From NCBI GenBank assembly GCA_000165425.1, contig CT868341.1, positions 1 through 64,000 on the forward strand: DNA of 64,000 bases, read 5' to 3'. The number at the start of each line of letters is the position of its first letter. Positions within the stretch are counted from its first letter, which is position 1. Positions 26,690 through 41,096 of the stretch are shown here, in pieces. The position numbers and the translations under genes were made by a program. The notes under the pieces are model-generated. The model was not told the origin of the DNA and did not search any database. It saw only the letters and a program-made list of their open reading frames with translations. Source of the stretch: Paramecium tetraurelia. Lineage: Eukaryota.

Positions 26690-27699
26690 TCATTTTTCTT
26701 GATACATCGGATCAACTTAGTTTCTGGAAATATTCTTTTATTCCTTATTGGGCTGTTAGTATTATGAATACTCAGATAATTTTTGTTAATTTGTTTATTA
26801 ATTTTAGGATTAGAACAATTAAGAATTTGAACTATTAAATTGCTATTGTTGTTGTTATTATAATAAATTCTACTATTATTATGATTGTTGATATTATTAT
26901 AACGTATTTGGAAGATTAGGCTGTTAGACATAATTCATTGTTTGACATTTTGTGCATCTGATTAAATTAGATACTAATTAAATTGTGAGATATTACATCC
27001 GCATTGGTACATGACTGTAATTTTGCATGAGCCGCATTGAAAATAACCAAAATTAGGCTTATTAATTTGTTAGCATCTAAAGCACATAAATGGTTATTTT
27101 TCATCTTATATCATCTAGGGAGTGTTACAATGCATGCAAGTTTAATAGGTTTGTCTTTTTGTTGAAATAATAATTACGTTCTTTGATTGAAACCCCTGTC
27201 AATCAGGATGGCTGTTTATTGGAATACATTTGAAACCGGATTGTATTACTAGTTCTATTGATAAGAATATTATGAATTTTGATATGGAGTATATTGATAT
27301 TAACTATACTAATTCTATATTATGTGTATTTGAAATACTTGGTACTAGTTAATTGGCACTTGTTATTAAATTTAAGGATGCTGGTTTTACTACTGTGGGG
27401 GAAACTAGTTCTGTTGCTAAGTCTATTGATAATTCTAATTTTTTTAAAGCTCTGGCTAACATTATCTGTTATTTTAAGGAGGAGTGATTGGTTATTCGAT
27501 TTATTTTGGTTAAATAACCTCAGCATGTTGTACTTCTAAGAAGTAATAAATCAAGTTTACTAGCCTAATCTAAAGAGACGTATTCCTAATCATCTCCGTA
27601 ATCCTAAATTTCAAAATCATCGCTGTTCTTCTTCGGTTCTTTATATTTAGCATTAGATTTGTTGGATAATAATCCCAAATTTGCATCATTTTCGCTCAT
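26690..27699 (-). CDS. Gln/Pro-rich protein with two LSD1-type C2C2 zinc fingers
   Basis: CMHCNTPQM..MCFRCQQIN and CGSCKITVMY..IRCTKCQTMN; ends at TGA 26690-26692. Confidence 0.75.
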
Positions 27700-27906
27700 C
27701 TAAAATGATTATAAGAATAATATATAATTATTATTTAGAAAATTTCGTAATATTCCAATTTTCTAATTGCAGAGAAAATATTTCTCAATTTTTATTCTAT
27801 ATTCAATATAATATTTCTTAAATTTTGATTACGATTAAAGATTAGATTTGATAAACAACTTAAATTGTTTAAAAGTAAAATAAAAACAAATTTAATTCAA
27901 CATATT

Positions 27907-29876
27907 TCACTGTTGAAGTTTGTTTTCGATGTACAAAAGTCCTGATTAATTATATTTTTAGTATATAAGTAAGTCTTCGTGTCTCTATTTAGGTTATACA
28001 TATAACTACTTAAATGATTTTATCTTGGACAGTGTCACTAAATTTAAAATCAAGCATAATAAATTTTGCTGCGTATTTGATAACATCAATTAGATCTACT
28101 AGATTGAAACCAAAACTATACTAAACAAATTCAGTAAATAGCTTGTTAAATGATTTCTAAGCTATGAATTAAATAAAGGATTACAATCAACGAGTATGAA
28201 TTTACTGGTCTTAGGAATTTCATAATATATTTATTCTTTAGTGAATTGTTAATATTCAATGGCCAAGATTAAGTACATAAATGATGCTACTAAGGTTCTT
28301 GGTTTAAAATTTAATGTATAGATATCCAAATAGCAACAATCAATATATGCCTGCAATTTTAATATTACTAAGGATAAAATTGAATGAATTACATTTATAT
28401 GAAGCTGTGTTGTTGGCTCTGAATTTTCTTTGAACATCTGTTATAAAGTTATCCCATTAATTAGTGTAGAATTCAATCCAAAGATTAATCGTCGGAAGAT
28501 TCAAGTGCCATTATAGCACAGTGCAAACATCAATCTCCATTTGATAAATTTAATCGATAGTATACCCATGATTGGCTGCTTTTTCAAACTCACTAGCATG
28601 TTTTGCCTCAACTTCCTCGAATATAACATATGAATATACTTCCATTTTTGATGCAATTAGCATTGAGGCTGTACCCAATAATTATACATCAACTTTAGGG
28701 ATGGATTTTTTTGATAAATAACTATCGACATATGCAACAGCTAAATAATATGTATCTCTTTTCATCTGATAGACAGAACAAACATCAATCATCCAATCCA
28801 TCAGAATAGCCCTGACTTTAGGACTTATTTGAGTTTGAATAGTAGCCATGTAATCAGGATTTGGAAAGTGTTCGATTTCTTAAAGCATCAAGGCTTATAG
28901 GGTTTCAGAAGAGAATCCACCAATTTAAGAATCCTTATCATTTTCATTTTAACTCACAGTTTGATTCATTTAGATACTTTTTGTTTTGGTTGAATTGGCA
29001 TTATCGCTTAATATTGTAATGCTAGATTCGTCACATTCTAGAGTTAGTCCCAAATGTTTTTGTTCTCCCATTGAAATGCATCGAGTGTTCTTCTTATGTT
29101 TTAATAAATTGTTATTAGGACTTTACTTTTTGATGGTTCTTTCACTTAATTAATTTGAAGAGTTGTCTTAGATTAAAAATTTAAGAACATTTAATTTTTC
29201 AACTTTTTTTTCTTCTCTTTGAGAATTGCAGCTAAAAATATCAATATTCATTATCTATACTTGTCATAATTAGAATAGTAAGAATTCGAAGTGTTGTTGT
29301 GAGTGTTGTTATTTTAAGGGATATTGGAAATCATAAAATATGTCCCTGAATTACCTTAAACGACATGACTGTATTGTCTATGATTTTTTTTGAATTAAGT
29401 TTTGTTATTGCTATCAATGGAATTATTTCTCGAGTGGTTTTATTAATTGAGAAAGGATTCAAAAGTAACCTACGGGTTTTAGTAATCTTTTCTTTCCCAT
29501 ACTGCTGAATCTTTCAAATTATTGTCTTCGTTCGGTTTTGGCTTCTGTAAGGTAGGTTTCAAACTTGGTTAAGCAACTTTTGTTAAGGTGGCATTGGATG
29601 TTTGTTGGGGGATGTTGATTTAGAATGGAATACAACTGGATTGCTTTTTGTTTCTTTTATATTTTGTTTCTTCAGGTTTCGGATTTGACTATTATGATGA
29701 CCAAAATTACTTGAATCTAAATTTTATTATGCCATAGTATGGATTTTGGATGTTGAGGCTATTGGGAATTCTAATCAATTCTTACAAAGGAAATATTCTA
29801 ATTTGATTGTATGCTTTACATTCAACTACTGATAATTTTCTTTAGGTATGAAATAGGGATTCCACTAGGTAGTCAT
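27907..29876 (-). CDS. Cyclin (A/B/E-like cyclin box) with long N-terminal extension
   Basis: VRAILMDWMIDVC, TYYLAVAYVDSYL, QLLGTASMLIASKMEE, MEIDVCTVLQW; 5' exon structure uncertain. Confidence 0.93.
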
Positions 29877-29925
29877 TTTCAAATTTAAATATAAAATATT
29901 GATTAAACATATAAATTAATACTAG

Positions 29926-32078
29926 TCAATGGGAAAATGGTTATAAATTTCTAATTGAAATTGAGCGCCTATCAGTAAGTTTTTTATTTGAATTTGGAGA
30001 GCCGTCCAGCTTGGAAGAATTCTTCATTTCATCTTTGCTTTCTTCTATATAATCAAAGTCTTTGATTAATTCAGAAGTCTCCTCATTCAACCTTTAAGAA
30101 AATAGCATTTATTCTTTATTGATTTTATTGAGATTCTTGGCAGATATTTATTTAATGATAGGTTTAGGTATGAAAGATTTAATATTATAAGAAAGACTGG
30201 CAACTTATTCTCTTATTTTACTCATTCTGTCAGTGTAATTTTACTGCTTTGTTTTGACATTTTAATTCGTTGTCGATAATTATAAAGGATTAGTTATAAG
30301 ATGACTCGATATATTGGCTTATCTTCTGTTTCGATAGGCTATCATAGAATCGATTTCTAGAATCTGAAAGTCAGCACTAAGAAATCCAGTTTCGTTATAG
30401 CCTCCAAAAATCATAAGTTTATGATCGTCCACAACAGCACAATGACCTGCTCTTCCTTCTTTGCACTCTAAATCGACATTGCTCCAAGATTGAGTTTCAA
30501 TTTTGAAAATGTGGCAATCATTTAAAAATTCAGATGATTCGCTTATTCCACCATAAATAATAATAATTCCCTGTCGTTCACAATAAGAAGCCGAGTGTTT
30601 GTATCTACTAGCTAAGATGCAATATAATTCAATATTTTACTTGGTAATTATCCTTTGCCTGAAACCAAAGACCATTACATAGGGCGAGTACAAGGATTCA
30701 GCATGTATAAGCCAGAATACAATGCTCCTATTTTAGATTCTCCTCCAAACAAATACACTCCTTCTACTTTATATTTGACTTCCTTCATTTCCTCAGGATC
30801 CATATAGTTTTTATAAATTTGGATATTCCTTTAACTGCTGAAGACGGAGATAAGCGTATGAAAAGCAATCCCATTAGTAAAAAAGTCATTCTGCTCAACT
30901 TAACTTAAAATCATCTTATTGTTCAAAATATCATAGTGATACAAATCACTTAAATATTTCCCTTTGGTGTTGACTCCTGCATGGATAATGATATATTTTC
31001 CTACAATTGCACCAGATGCTCCCCTTCTCCCTTCAATCACCTCTCCTCCAAACCTCAAGGCTTTGAATTCATTATTTTCTATTTCATATATCTGCCAATT
31101 TACCTGTATTAAACACTCTGAAATCATTGGTGCTCTCCCTTATCTTCTGTTAACCATCATAGGGTTTCTCACCTCCAAATATATAGATGTTTCTTCTATA
31201 GACACAGTGAATATGGTTGGTTCTACCAAAAGGGGCTTTCTCTCCAATTACTTGAGGTTGGAACCATTCCTTATGATCCCAAATAACAACATCATTAAAT
31301 GGTTTGCTACTTATTCCTCCAAATAGATATAATTTCCCAGAGATATTATTCAAGGAAGCTCCTTCTCTCATTTAAGGTCTCCATTTTCCAAAGAACATAT
31401 CTATCCATCCTAAATAATGAGTAGGAATTGTGAACTCTTCTTCAGGTTGCTGTACTTGTATAACTTTGGCTTTTATGGTTGGCATAATTTATCCTTCCTC
31501 ATCGATTTTTGCAGGATATGTTTTTATTTTGGGTAACTTGTTATGATTATAAGATCTTGATCTTGCAAACGTTGTTCTCATTATGTTTTGCTTTTACTGT
31601 TCTTCCTAATATCTTAATTGTGTTTTATTGTGATCCAATTGAAATTAAATTTATTCTTTCAAGCAGCAGCTGTCATTCAAAACAGATTGACTCTTGTCTG
31701 TTAGATTGAATTTTCGCACAAAAGATTGAGAATTATTTCTCATAATTTTCTCGCGATATGTTCTGAATCTCTGATCACTCTCAAGTCGTCCCAATAAAGT
31801 TTTATCTAAATTGAGTAATTCTTGTTAGCTTATAAATTTTACTCCTTTTTAGTCTGGTAGCTTTGGCAATAATGGATGCAACTAAATAATAAGTTATTTA
31901 AATTTACTAATTGGCAACCTCTTGAGACTAACTAAGTATATTATGTTATTGTTTAGTTTGTGAGTCCTTAATGCTAATATTGTTCTACAATCTATCCTAG
32001 AATTTCATCATCTAAATATCCTCTAATATTTTCTTGATCTAATTAAATTTCTTCATCTTACTATAATATTTCACTCAT
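29926..32078 (-). CDS. Kelch-repeat protein
   Basis: LYLFGG, IYIFGGE, IIIHAG, VYLFGGE, IIIYGG, LMIFGG repeats each followed by W. Confidence 0.92.
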
Positions 32079-32786
32079 ATAATTAAATTAATAAATGTAA
32101 TCAACATATGCTCTTTTATAAACTATTCATACTTATTCTCTCTAGGAGCTCCAAGCTGGTGACTATGCAATACCCTTCACTATCTTCATTATTTCTCTAA
32201 AAAAATTAACAAATTATCGACTAACTCAAAGCATTTATTTTGGATTGGAATAATTTGACCCTCTTTAGCAATATTGTTGAACAAAATCAAAAACCTGAAA
32301 CTATTTTTGTTTTCTATTCCCTAATGTAAAAGTCATGGATTAAGATGCTAAAAATTTATAATATGCTACAATTTTCATTTCAAAAATAATCTACTTTCAA
32401 ATAAATAAAAAAGTATGCTAGATATTAATATCTTAGCAATGAAATTATCATCACACCATAATAGATGTTACTCATGTTGATATTTTAATTATTTTTCAAT
32501 TGCTTAAATCACAAAAGAAAATATATAAAATTATAAGCTATTCGATTTGTCCTTTTTTAAATATTGGACATACCCATAGAAAAACTATTAATTTTTTGAG
32601 ATGATGATCAGATCAATGATTATATCCAGGCTTTAGTGGATAAGCTACTAATACCAATAAGATAAATAAAAAACATTTGGGATAGGTTAAGATTACTTTA
32701 CTACATAAATTAAATACATATTGGAGTGTGTTCATGAATATTAAGTGTTAATAAATCTATAGTTTAATAATACTATTATAAATTAA

Positions 32787-34549
32787 TCAATCAAGTAGTT
32801 ATTAAAATGTTTGTCTACCAGAATTAGGTTATGATTAGGAGACCTTAGATTTATTTAATTTCAAGAATCCTGGGATCCAATTTTTTTAAGATCCCAAAAA
32901 CTCTTGATTTAGCGAAGGGTGTAACTATTTTCTGACTTCAATTTGGGATAGAACTCTATGAGTTTGAATTAATGGTTGCTCTTCAGGTTCATCAATCATT
33001 TGAAATAGCACTCCTTTAGGTTCAGTTCGTAACTTTAAGTGCTTTCTACTAGTTGAAGTTGAAGGATTCTTGTAACTTTGATTTTCATCTAAATTAAGTT
33101 TAAGAGAGTCAAGATTTTAATAAAAGTGTTCTTTTTTAGCAATAAATGATTTCCTTTGAGTTGCCTTCAATGTTTTCTGCTGTATGTTATTTTATTCAAC
33201 AACTCTATATAGTATATTACATACTCTGGTAAACGATTTTTCTTTACTGAGAATCCCACATGTAATATCTTATCCCTATCTCTCTCTGAATCTAGAATAG
33301 CCGTATTAACTAATTTGCGATATTCCCTCACATAGGCTTTATGTTGCTTCTTCATCATATCCTCCTATAAATGCTAGGATTTCGATTTATTATCTTAATT
33401 GTAGATCAATTATATGTTTTCCAATCCTCTTGGGGAAGTAAATTACCTTTCATTTGTAATGCTAATTGTGTTCTAAAAATGTTCACATTAATACATATGA
33501 ATTGGAATATCTAATTATCTTGATCCCATTTTCTATAAAATTCGATAACAGATTAACTTAATCTTTTTATTTATAATCCAACTCGAATAGCAATGCTATT
33601 ATGTTATCACACTGTATGATTAAGGGACCTCGTAAGTTGTTTTCAGCCAAAGATTGAAATCTCTATAATATAATCGATTTCGTTACTCTTTCTGGGTTTG
33701 TAAATGTGATGGCATGTATATCCCAGGTGTTTGATTATTTAATTGAAAACTCAATGTTAACATCTTTAAACAACCAATAATGCAAAAATGGCTTTTTAAT
33801 AATGCAAGTCATTTCTGTTTGATTGCTGAGCATCACTTATTTTGGTTTATAAGCAGGGGATTTTACAACATACTTTCCTATAGATTGATATTCCATTGCA
33901 TCTCTCCTGTGATGGATTCCAATATTGCATTTAGGCATCCATTCATCTGTAACTTTGTTGTATGTATACAAATCTCCAGTGGTAGTGTCCAAAAAGTAGT
34001 CATCATGAGTATTCTTCAAGGCTTGAATAGTGTACTTTGGAAAATCAACCAATTTACTGCCCTCTCCATTTCCATTTGTAATTTTAATATGCTGTTATAA
34101 AATGAGAATAAATACTGTTGAAATATTGGAAGCACACAAGTATGCAAGTGCTTGAGCTCCAAAAGAGGTCATAAAAAGCAATTTCTTAGTTTTGATGCAC
34201 ATTCTTATCAAGAGCTTATAATCTACAATAGTAAATCTGTTGATACATTTCGCATATTTGGATTCCAGGGTCTTGTATTTGGGGAAGCTATAATAAAAAC
34301 CATGTCTAATGAATTAAATTTCAGCCCTTTCTCAGGTTTGATGTGAGATGTTTCTGGTTCAAATAAATATTCTTCTAAATTGTGTCTATCAAGCTCAATA
34401 TAATCAAAGTCAATATCAGCGACTTCCTTCTATGTTTAAGTGATCTAGATCTTTTGAATTAATACTTCATATATTTATTGTCTAAATTGATTAAAGATCT
34501 TAGAGTGAGAAGCAGTTGCAGTAAATCCATTAACAATCAAAAATTTCAT
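32787..34549 (-). CDS. Class I glutamine amidotransferase-fold protein lacking the Cys-His-Glu triad, with C-terminal extension
   Basis: MKFLIVNGF; LDMVFIIASP..PW; FMTSFGAQALAY (for GICFGxQ); HYWLFKDV..EF; FQSLAE; IIALLFELD (for GVQFHPE); LLSNFI. Confidence 0.7.
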
Positions 34550-35249
34550 AACAAAAATAATTGTTAATAATATATGTTGAAGTATTCAAGAACTAATCAA
34601 CATATCAATAAGACTAAATTAATTAAGATTTGTAGAAACTCTAAATAAGTTAATGCTTTTTTTTAGTCAATATATTTTTATTTCACATTGATATGTGTGA
34701 TATGTGCCTTAAACCAATATCTACTCTCTATATCTAATCTCTTGGTTTACACACAAAATATGAATGTAATTAATCAATAATAATATATTTATTGATGAGT
34801 CATTTTAAATTAATATATTGAGATAAATTCATTTACATATTATACTCTATTACCAAGAAGTAATATAAATTGTATTTTGATCAAAAATTATGCTTTTATA
34901 ATAATTTTATCTACTAGTAAAATGTAATAATATTATTGGATTTCAATTATAGTGTTTCGTTGCAATTAACTTTACCATTAAAATCAAAGAATTCCATTTT
35001 TCAATTCTTGAGAAATTTCTATTGAGAAAATAGTTCTTTATGTTCTACCAAAATAATAAATAATAGATAATATTAGCCTTTGCTAAGAATTGAGAGATAA
35101 TACTTTAAATAGAATCTAAGGTATTTGCTAAATATTAATGAAATTTAATTTGATAAATTTAGTCAGATTATGATAATTTTATCGAAATAAGACGTCATTT
35201 TTAGAAAAATAAAAACGACTAGCTTTTTGATTTTTAATAATATCAATAA

Positions 35250-36442
35250 ATGAAGACAATTATCTTTGCCTTAGCCCTCATAGTATTGGCCTCATCAACA
35301 TAAGCTGATATTATAGCCAAAATTAAGAAGATTGACAATTCACCTTTTGGCAGAACCCTATTTGATACAATTTGGCTCGAACTCTAAACAGGAGATCCAT
35401 TGGACAGATTAATCTAAACCTTGACTGATTTGGAGGATAGATACGTTGCTGAATAAAAGGAAGACGATGCTAGAAACCATGAATACTAGGATGCTTGCAC
35501 AGTGGTAAGATATTTCCTTTCTACTATTTTTAGGACATCTCTGCTTTCGATAAAGATTTGGCTGAATCTAACAGAAAGAAGATCGAATTAGAAGCCAGAC
35601 TAGAAGGATAGTTATATCCACAAAGAGAAATCTTATAAGGATTGGTTGCTTAGAAGTAGGCTGAAGTCAAAGGATACTAAAAGGATTTGGACGAACTCGA
35701 TGCTTAAAGAGCTGAAGAGAACGCTGACTTCGAAGAGAAAGTATTGGAACACCAAGAAGCCACAGCTATAATTGCTGAAGCCAGAAGACTATTCGCTGAT
35801 AACATTGAACACGAATCCTTCATCTAAAAGGGAAAAGCCACAAAGAAACCAGCCCACACATTCACCAGGGAGGTTGCTAGTATGATCTAAAAGCACTTCA
35901 CCTAATCTGCCAAAAAAACAGCCAAATTCCAACACAGAAAGGGATACAGCAAATTATTCAAAGCCTTCGCTACAATTGCTTCCAAGGCTGAACAATTGGC
36001 TGATGCTGGAGCAGTCTAGAAGATCATTGACTTAGCTGATGAATTATTGGCCAAGATTGCTGATTCTTTAGCCTTATTGAGATTCGCTGAAGACAAGAGA
36101 GTTGAAGCCTACAAGAAGTAAAGAAACTTTGTCGTCATCGCCATCACTGTTGCAGGAACCTCCCTTGCTAATGCTTAAGCAGATTTAGCTGCATTGAATG
36201 ATCTCATTGCCTAAGTTGAAGCTACTTTAGACACAACCAACTAAAGAATTGAAAATGTTACTGCTGACAGAACTGACAGATTTACCTAATGTGAAGAAGC
36301 CGTCTAAGACTATGAAGATTCCAGAGCTGCCAGAACCTCTGACAGAGATGTAGTTTCAGAAACCATCGGTTTAGTAAACAAGGAATTAAGAACATTAAGA
36401 GAATAATTGGCTTTAAGGTAATCAGCTGGAGATGAAATCTGA
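35250..36442 (+). CDS. T2: Trichocyst matrix protein precursor, T2 family
   Basis: Signal peptide, SPFGRTLFDTIWLELQTGDPLDRL..TLTDLEDRYVAEQKEDDA, central basic spacer, one 29-nt intron 35505-35533. Confidence 0.93.
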
Positions 36443-36481
36443 TATTGATTTATTTTTCAATTTAAAATAAATCTAAATTCA

Positions 36482-38983
36482 TCATTTTCCCTTCCTCTTT
36501 CTCAAGTTAAATGTGAGTCCTATGTCATCATTCTTGATATGTGTCTAGATCTATAAATCAGCCATCATTTATTCTAAATCTAAGTACTAAAAATTACCTG
36601 ATTTCTGGAGCATATCTGCCACAAAATTACTATCGACATACTTATCAACCAAACTGGCTATGACTCCTTGTTCTTTGGGTAGATTCAATTGAGTAACAAT
36701 CAAATTTGTGACTTCTCCTCCTTCTTCCTAATCGAAACTGGCTTGATGGACAACACCATTTATTTAAATCAAACCAATATATTTTAATTTTAACTATCAG
36801 TTAATATGACTTTTACCTTATTTTTATAAAATATTATTTGCTTAACATTAATATCATTTTTCTTACTCAATTTATATTTCAGATCTGTTTTTATGGCTAT
36901 TTAAAATCTTCTGCATGAAAATCCATTTAATAAGGAATCTACATTTATTCATCATCATTTACCGTATTCTGCACTCAATAAAAAGTTAATGGGTTAACTT
37001 TTCGCTGGAATATCAACTGGGGAATTGTAATCAGCTAATTAATTTCCTGTGAAGTGCTTTAATACTTTATCCACATTTGTCTATATGTTCATATTAAATC
37101 AATTCTACCATCTTTGTTAAATTTTCAGCACTTAAACAAACTGTGTGATCTTTAAAACTCAAATAATATGATCCAACTTCACCTATGCTTTTGAAAGTGA
37201 ACTCGATCAGCGGCTCAAAGGATTGCCTAAATTCCTAAGATATATGATACAATTTTTAATAAATACCTGAAACCGTCATTTATTCCAATCTTCTACCAAT
37301 TCTGTTAATTAACCTAATAAGCTACTTTAGTCTAACATAATTAGCAGATTTATTATATAAATTTGTTCTTACTTTCAAAGCAATTTATAGATTTTGGAGT
37401 ATCAATATTATCATCTTCACTTTCTGATTCTCCTTCTGACTCTTCCTCTTGAATTAGTTATTGTTGCTTCTTTGGAACTGCCTACAATTTAAATACTTTC
37501 TATTCCTAAACTTATTGTGGAGTCTCCTTTACTAATGTAAATGTTTTCTATTCTAAAATTGCTTTTTCTTTTGCCTCCTTTTATGCAAAAGAGGTCAATT
37601 GAGGTTTTTCCTCATCTACTTTCAAAGATTATTGAAATTCTTCTAAACTCAATTGCTTTTTTTATTTTTTTGACTTCTTTTTTTATGGAATCTAATCTTC
37701 ATCAGAATCTCTTTTCAATTTTTATTATTTGGCTAACTCTTGCTATCTCTCTTCCTCTTCTTATTTCTTTCTTAATTCCTCCTATTGAATTTATTATTCT
37801 TTTTATTTCTTCAACATCAATCTTCTTTATTCTTCCTCTTCTTCCTATTATTATTAGAGTTATTTTTATTTTCTCTTTTATTCTTCCTTATCCTCCTTTT
37901 ATTTTTTGTTTTTCTTCACCTATTACACATAATCTTCATCGTCTTCCACTTCTTAAGCTGATTCACTTTCCTCATCCTCAGACTCTTCAATTCGTTAACT
38001 CTTCTTATTTGACTTTTATTATTGTTTACTTTGATTGAAGAAATCAAATGCATCTGTGTTAGGTTTTTAGTCAATAGTAACTTTATTACTGATTTTACTT
38101 TGTAATGAACTCTTTTTATTGATTTCTACAGAATCCTCTTCTTCATCATCTTCACTTTCTGATTCATCATGTTTGTTTTCTTATCTTTTTTCTGGATTTG
38201 ATTGGACTTATTATGAAGTCTTGGTCTCTTGTATGTTGATAGGTTGAAAATTGATTTTTGGCATGAACTCTTTCAAACTATCATCCTCATACATACTCTT
38301 AGATTCTTTAGGTTCATCAAGATGAAATCTTTTGCTGTATTTCTCTAATTAGGCTTGTTTCATTTTTTCAAAATCAGCAGAATGTTCTTTTCCTGGATCC
38401 TCCTACACTTTTTGAGTTTAATCTTGTGATTTGGTTTCCTGAGGTCGTTATTGGACTTCAGGCATTTTTAAACTTGTAAATTGGTTGTAATCGTTCTTTA
38501 TTTATTCTTTGGCTGATTGTATTGGTAACACTAATGGTTTAGATTCAGTTTAAGCTAATTTTTTTGATATCCCTCTACTCCACATGTTACCACTGTCCTC
38601 TTCATCATCGTATTCAGATTCTGATTCAGAAATTACTTGAACCTACTTCTTTTGTTGTTAAGGGGGTTTAACATCCTTGCTAGTGGAAAGTTTCTGTTAG
38701 TAACTTTTCAATTAAGCCATGACATTCAACTTCGTCGTCATTGTCGTCTTATTAGGATTTGGGTGCCATTTTCTTTGAGGGTTCAGTGTCTTCGCTATCG
38801 TAATCTTCGGATTCTTCTTCGGAAAATGGAGAAACTGTACTCTTGGCAAATTTGGAAGAAGAATCTCCATTATCAGCAAATTTAGATAATGACTTTAGCA
38901 GATCTACTGTTTATATTAGGTTAGTTACCACTGGATGCTGTTGCAAATATAATCAAAACAAAGACTATGAGTATTTGTTTCAT
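36482..38983 (-). CDS. Secreted acidic, Gln/Glu/Lys-rich low-complexity protein with globular C-terminus
   Basis: Signal peptide MKQILIVFVLIIFATASS; recurring ESESEDDEE blocks; last exons uncertain. Confidence 0.7.
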
Positions 38984-39029
38984 AAAAATAATAATACATA
39001 AACCGTTTTTTAAAAAGAACAATAATAAT

Positions 39030-41096
39030 ATAAATAATCACTATAATTTCCTATTGTCGAATCCCCCATTCCAAATAAAAATAATTATGTTATCAAGTAT
39101 GTTATCGATGATTCTCTCTTGTTGAATTTGTTGCCAATTTTCAATCTAAATGAACACGGTTCTTTGATATTGATCCCTATTTTTATATCGACCTAATTCC
39201 TAGACATACATCTCAAATACATTCGGATTACTATAAATAAATCAAATCAATTTACATGAGTTTCTTTTTATTTTCTAAATATTCCACATAAGGAAACATG
39301 CTATTTGATCGCAAACGTGATTTTCTTTAATTTTGACTACAATCAACTATTGCTAAGCTTACGGGAGATGATTATATAGAAAATTAACATACAAGGGAAA
39401 TCTTGCTCTTCTCCAGTCATCATTAAAGTAAGGCATTATTTGATCATGTAAATTTTAAATATCCCCCATCTCTTAATTTTTCTGGAAATCAAATTTAAAA
39501 AGTTTGAGTTTATTTGGATCTTATGGGTTATCCGAATCTTGGACCAATAAGATGAAATTTTTGATGAATCTCCTACTTGGTGTCATCTAGACCAATTCAA
39601 TTTGGCACCCTTTTATGTTTGATAGTGGCTTGAATTGATAAGTATGGCAATCATAGCCTCCTTCTTATGGTTCAATACATGGAAATTCGGATCAACCGAA
39701 AACTACTCTACTCTTCAGGAAATGATATTTTAATTCCAGCTATGCATTCACTATTAACTGAGTAGACTTGATATTGCACAGTTGTTTGAGGATCAAATAA
39801 TGTAAAATCTAATAGGACACCACATTCGTTTTCATATTCATTCAAATTTCCATCTTCACACTCAACTTTAATATCCTCATTGCTATGAGTCTATTGATGC
39901 ACAGTTTCAGTTTTAATATGAACATTTGATTGGTGGGGAGATAAAGGAGGACTTTATCTTAAAAACTCCTATAAATTTTCAACTTGATCCTCCTTGTTAT
40001 TATTGTTAAACATCGATTGATAAGTCAAATATTATGTTAAGGAATTTTGCTTTTCATTTAATCCAGAGACTAGTTGATACTGATGCAAATATAATTTAGT
40101 GCCATTCTCTTCATTTTGATATATTGCATTGATAGACAGCATCTACTTCATATTGAATCTCAAACCTAGAAATTTATGATTTGATGACTCGTTTCCCCCT
40201 TTGAATTAAATCAAGTTTTTTACGGAATCATAAAAATACTCAGCATACATATTGTAATAGTCCTTGACTTCTTTTTATAAATCTTGAATTGCCACTTCAG
40301 CACTTTAGATTTATTATGATAGTTTTCCTGATAATATTCTTGAATTTGGAAGCTTCAATTATGAATCAATCGTAAGTACTTAAGGAATGTTACTGATTCC
40401 ATCACTCTGCTATTCTTCTAAGTAAAATTCGTTCTTTAAAATTGATATTTATCCTACTCTTCTTAAACCATGCTGATTTAATTTACCTAGTCTCTGCTCT
40501 TCCTTTTATTTTTTCAAATATTCTCTCTATTGAATAGATTGCTAGACGAAATCGTATCCTGAATTAAATTGATGGTACAAATAAGCAAAAAATTTATCAT
40601 ACAAAATGAATTCCTATTTGCCCCTTATAATGCAATTCATGGCAACACAAAGTTCATATAGAATTTTTAATGATATTTCTTTGTTGTCATTTTATAAGAC
40701 TTTAAGGAGTCTCTCTATTTCGATGATATAAATTTATTCAGGTACGATTCCCAATTATCTGGTCGACTGAGCATATTGTATAATTTTTAAGTATTATTGA
40801 TCTCTCATTTTCTAAGAGTTACACAGAATTGGCGGTTGCATCCATTGTAAAACAGTTAGGATCAACGAAGTCCTCAAATAAATCTGCTAAAGGCTTGAAA
40901 AGAGCATCTCCTTAAACTATGTTAAATACGGGCTTTTTTAGAATAATTGGCTAAACATTCTGACATGAGGATTCACAGAAAAAAAGTTATGACTCTATAT
41001 TTAAATCAAAATTGATTCATACTCTATATTTTGTTTTATCCTATCTAATAATTTTAGATCCATTAATTCCTCTTGTTTTCTCACTTGCAAACTCAT
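39030..41096 (-). CDS. Hypothetical protein, with a frame discontinuity near 39670
   Basis: Open code-6 frame 41096 to TGA 39672-39674; coding-like frame resumes immediately in another phase; 3' end approximate. Confidence 0.5.

Noticed and set aside
37541..38038. 165-aa hydrophobic plus-strand ORF from the track (likewise 27279, 30964, 33780, 45739, 56643)
   Set aside because: Antisense shadows of real code-6 genes on the other strand.
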